Part shown: one piece after another, positions 63,056-64,000 of the stretch
Layout of the letters: every line of letters starts with the position of its first letter
How positions within the stretch are numbered: position 1 is the stretch's first letter
Assembly: GCF_001949145.1 (NCBI RefSeq)
Contig: NW_019091362.1
Location: forward strand, 124,001 to 188,000
Origin: Acanthaster planci
Taxonomy: Eukaryota
Reading direction: 5' to 3'
Length of the DNA stretch: 64,000 bases
The notes under the pieces: model-generated
What the model was told of the DNA's origin: nothing
The model's database searches: none
The model's input: only the letters and a program-made list of their open reading frames with translations
Made by a program: the position numbers and the translations under genes

Positions 63056-63984
63056 ATTTCTTTGTTCATCTTTATAATCATGTGTAAGCACCAAGTGAGT
63101 TTCCCTATATAGTTTGTTTCATGGTTTATAAACACAGTTATCCTGTTTGTTTTTTAGGGTTCAGTTTGGTAATTTATGATGAGTTATTTTCAAAATTGTA
63201 AATTGCAAACATGTTCTGGACACATTTAAAAGTCGAGTTTTCACAAAGTTGATTGCCTTCTGAAATAACATTTAAGCTTGATGATTTGAGTTGAGAGAGA
63301 AGACAAGTGCAGGCAGATTTCCTTCCTAGTGTGTGGTGCACTAAGCAAAATTATTATACTACTCAGTATGCCACAAACATTCATTGAAAAACAGTGGTTG
63401 AAATTACTCAAAGTCCTTTGAATCGTTGAACTCACTTGCTTTCAACTTGTGCAATCATGGCATTAGCTTTCTGTGGGCCAAGTCATTTATCTGTCAAGTG
63501 TATTTATTTTATTGGGATCTAAGTATTACTTAATTGCTTTGAGCAATTGGATTCTGGTTATGCTGGAAATGATTTGTGTTGTCTGCAAGTACCTTCTAAC
63601 TGCTCTAACGTTCATCCAGATTCCTGATCTGTAATAGTCTTAGATTTCATGATAGTGTCCAGATGGCATATCATTGACTGTGATCTTGTCTGAAAGGCAT
63701 AAAATCCTGAGGGCGAGTACAAGTAATCTTTGCTCCACAAAAGCATTTTTTACTGGTCTTGTCACTGAACCCTTATGTGGACATTTTTTAAATAACAGAA
63801 TGAAGCTCTTGAAAATTATTTTTGTGAGTTTGGAAAATTTTTGATATGCAGATATCTCCACGAATGAAAATTTTGCGTTTACTGCCTACCTCTGTTCTGC
63901 TTTTTAAGTATTACATAAAGTTACACATTACTGTATTTGTAATTCATAACCTTGTGTTCATTTATTTATTTGTTTTGCCCACAG

Positions 63985-64000
63985 CATGTCCAAAGCTGCT
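63985..64000 (+). CDS. Probable next exon of the NCKAP5-like gene, truncated by the window edge (HVQSC...)
   Basis: Good acceptor tttatttgttttgcccacag; phase 0 is open for the 16 visible nt. Too short to verify. Confidence 0.45.

Overview
Eukaryotic (invertebrate metazoan, probably deuterostome; sea-star-like repeats, by recollection only) genomic DNA with two assembly gaps (17930-18808, 59328-59457). It is dominated by one + strand, intron-rich gene that I recognise as an NCKAP5/NCKAP5L-family homologue. I traced 12 coding exons with GT-AG boundaries and consistent phase from 14839 to 59747 (about 2,140 codons), plus a probable further exon starting at 63985. The 5' start and 3' end are not resolved. 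The protein has an N-terminal coiled coil with the family signature (LEAENSALVLENENQREQYEKCLDEVANQVVQALLMQKDLKEEC), then a very long Ser/Pro/Gln-rich region encoded by 3.4 kb and 1.7 kb exons with four SxIP motifs. Nearly all other ORFs in the track look like noise. The introns hold non-autonomous DNA transposons: a P-like element with perfect 25-bp TIRs and a 7-bp TSD, hAT elements with 8-bp TSDs, a Harbinger-like MITE, and foldback elements, one with convergent CTCF-like motifs. They also hold tRNA-derived SINE remnants and a 54-bp TSD-flanked insertion that reads as a minimal Penelope-type hammerhead ribozyme. I found no prokaryote-style system (CRISPR, operon). The most interesting leads are the solo hammerhead insertion, the young P-like element, and candidate alternative first exons and a microexon of the NCKAP5-like gene.
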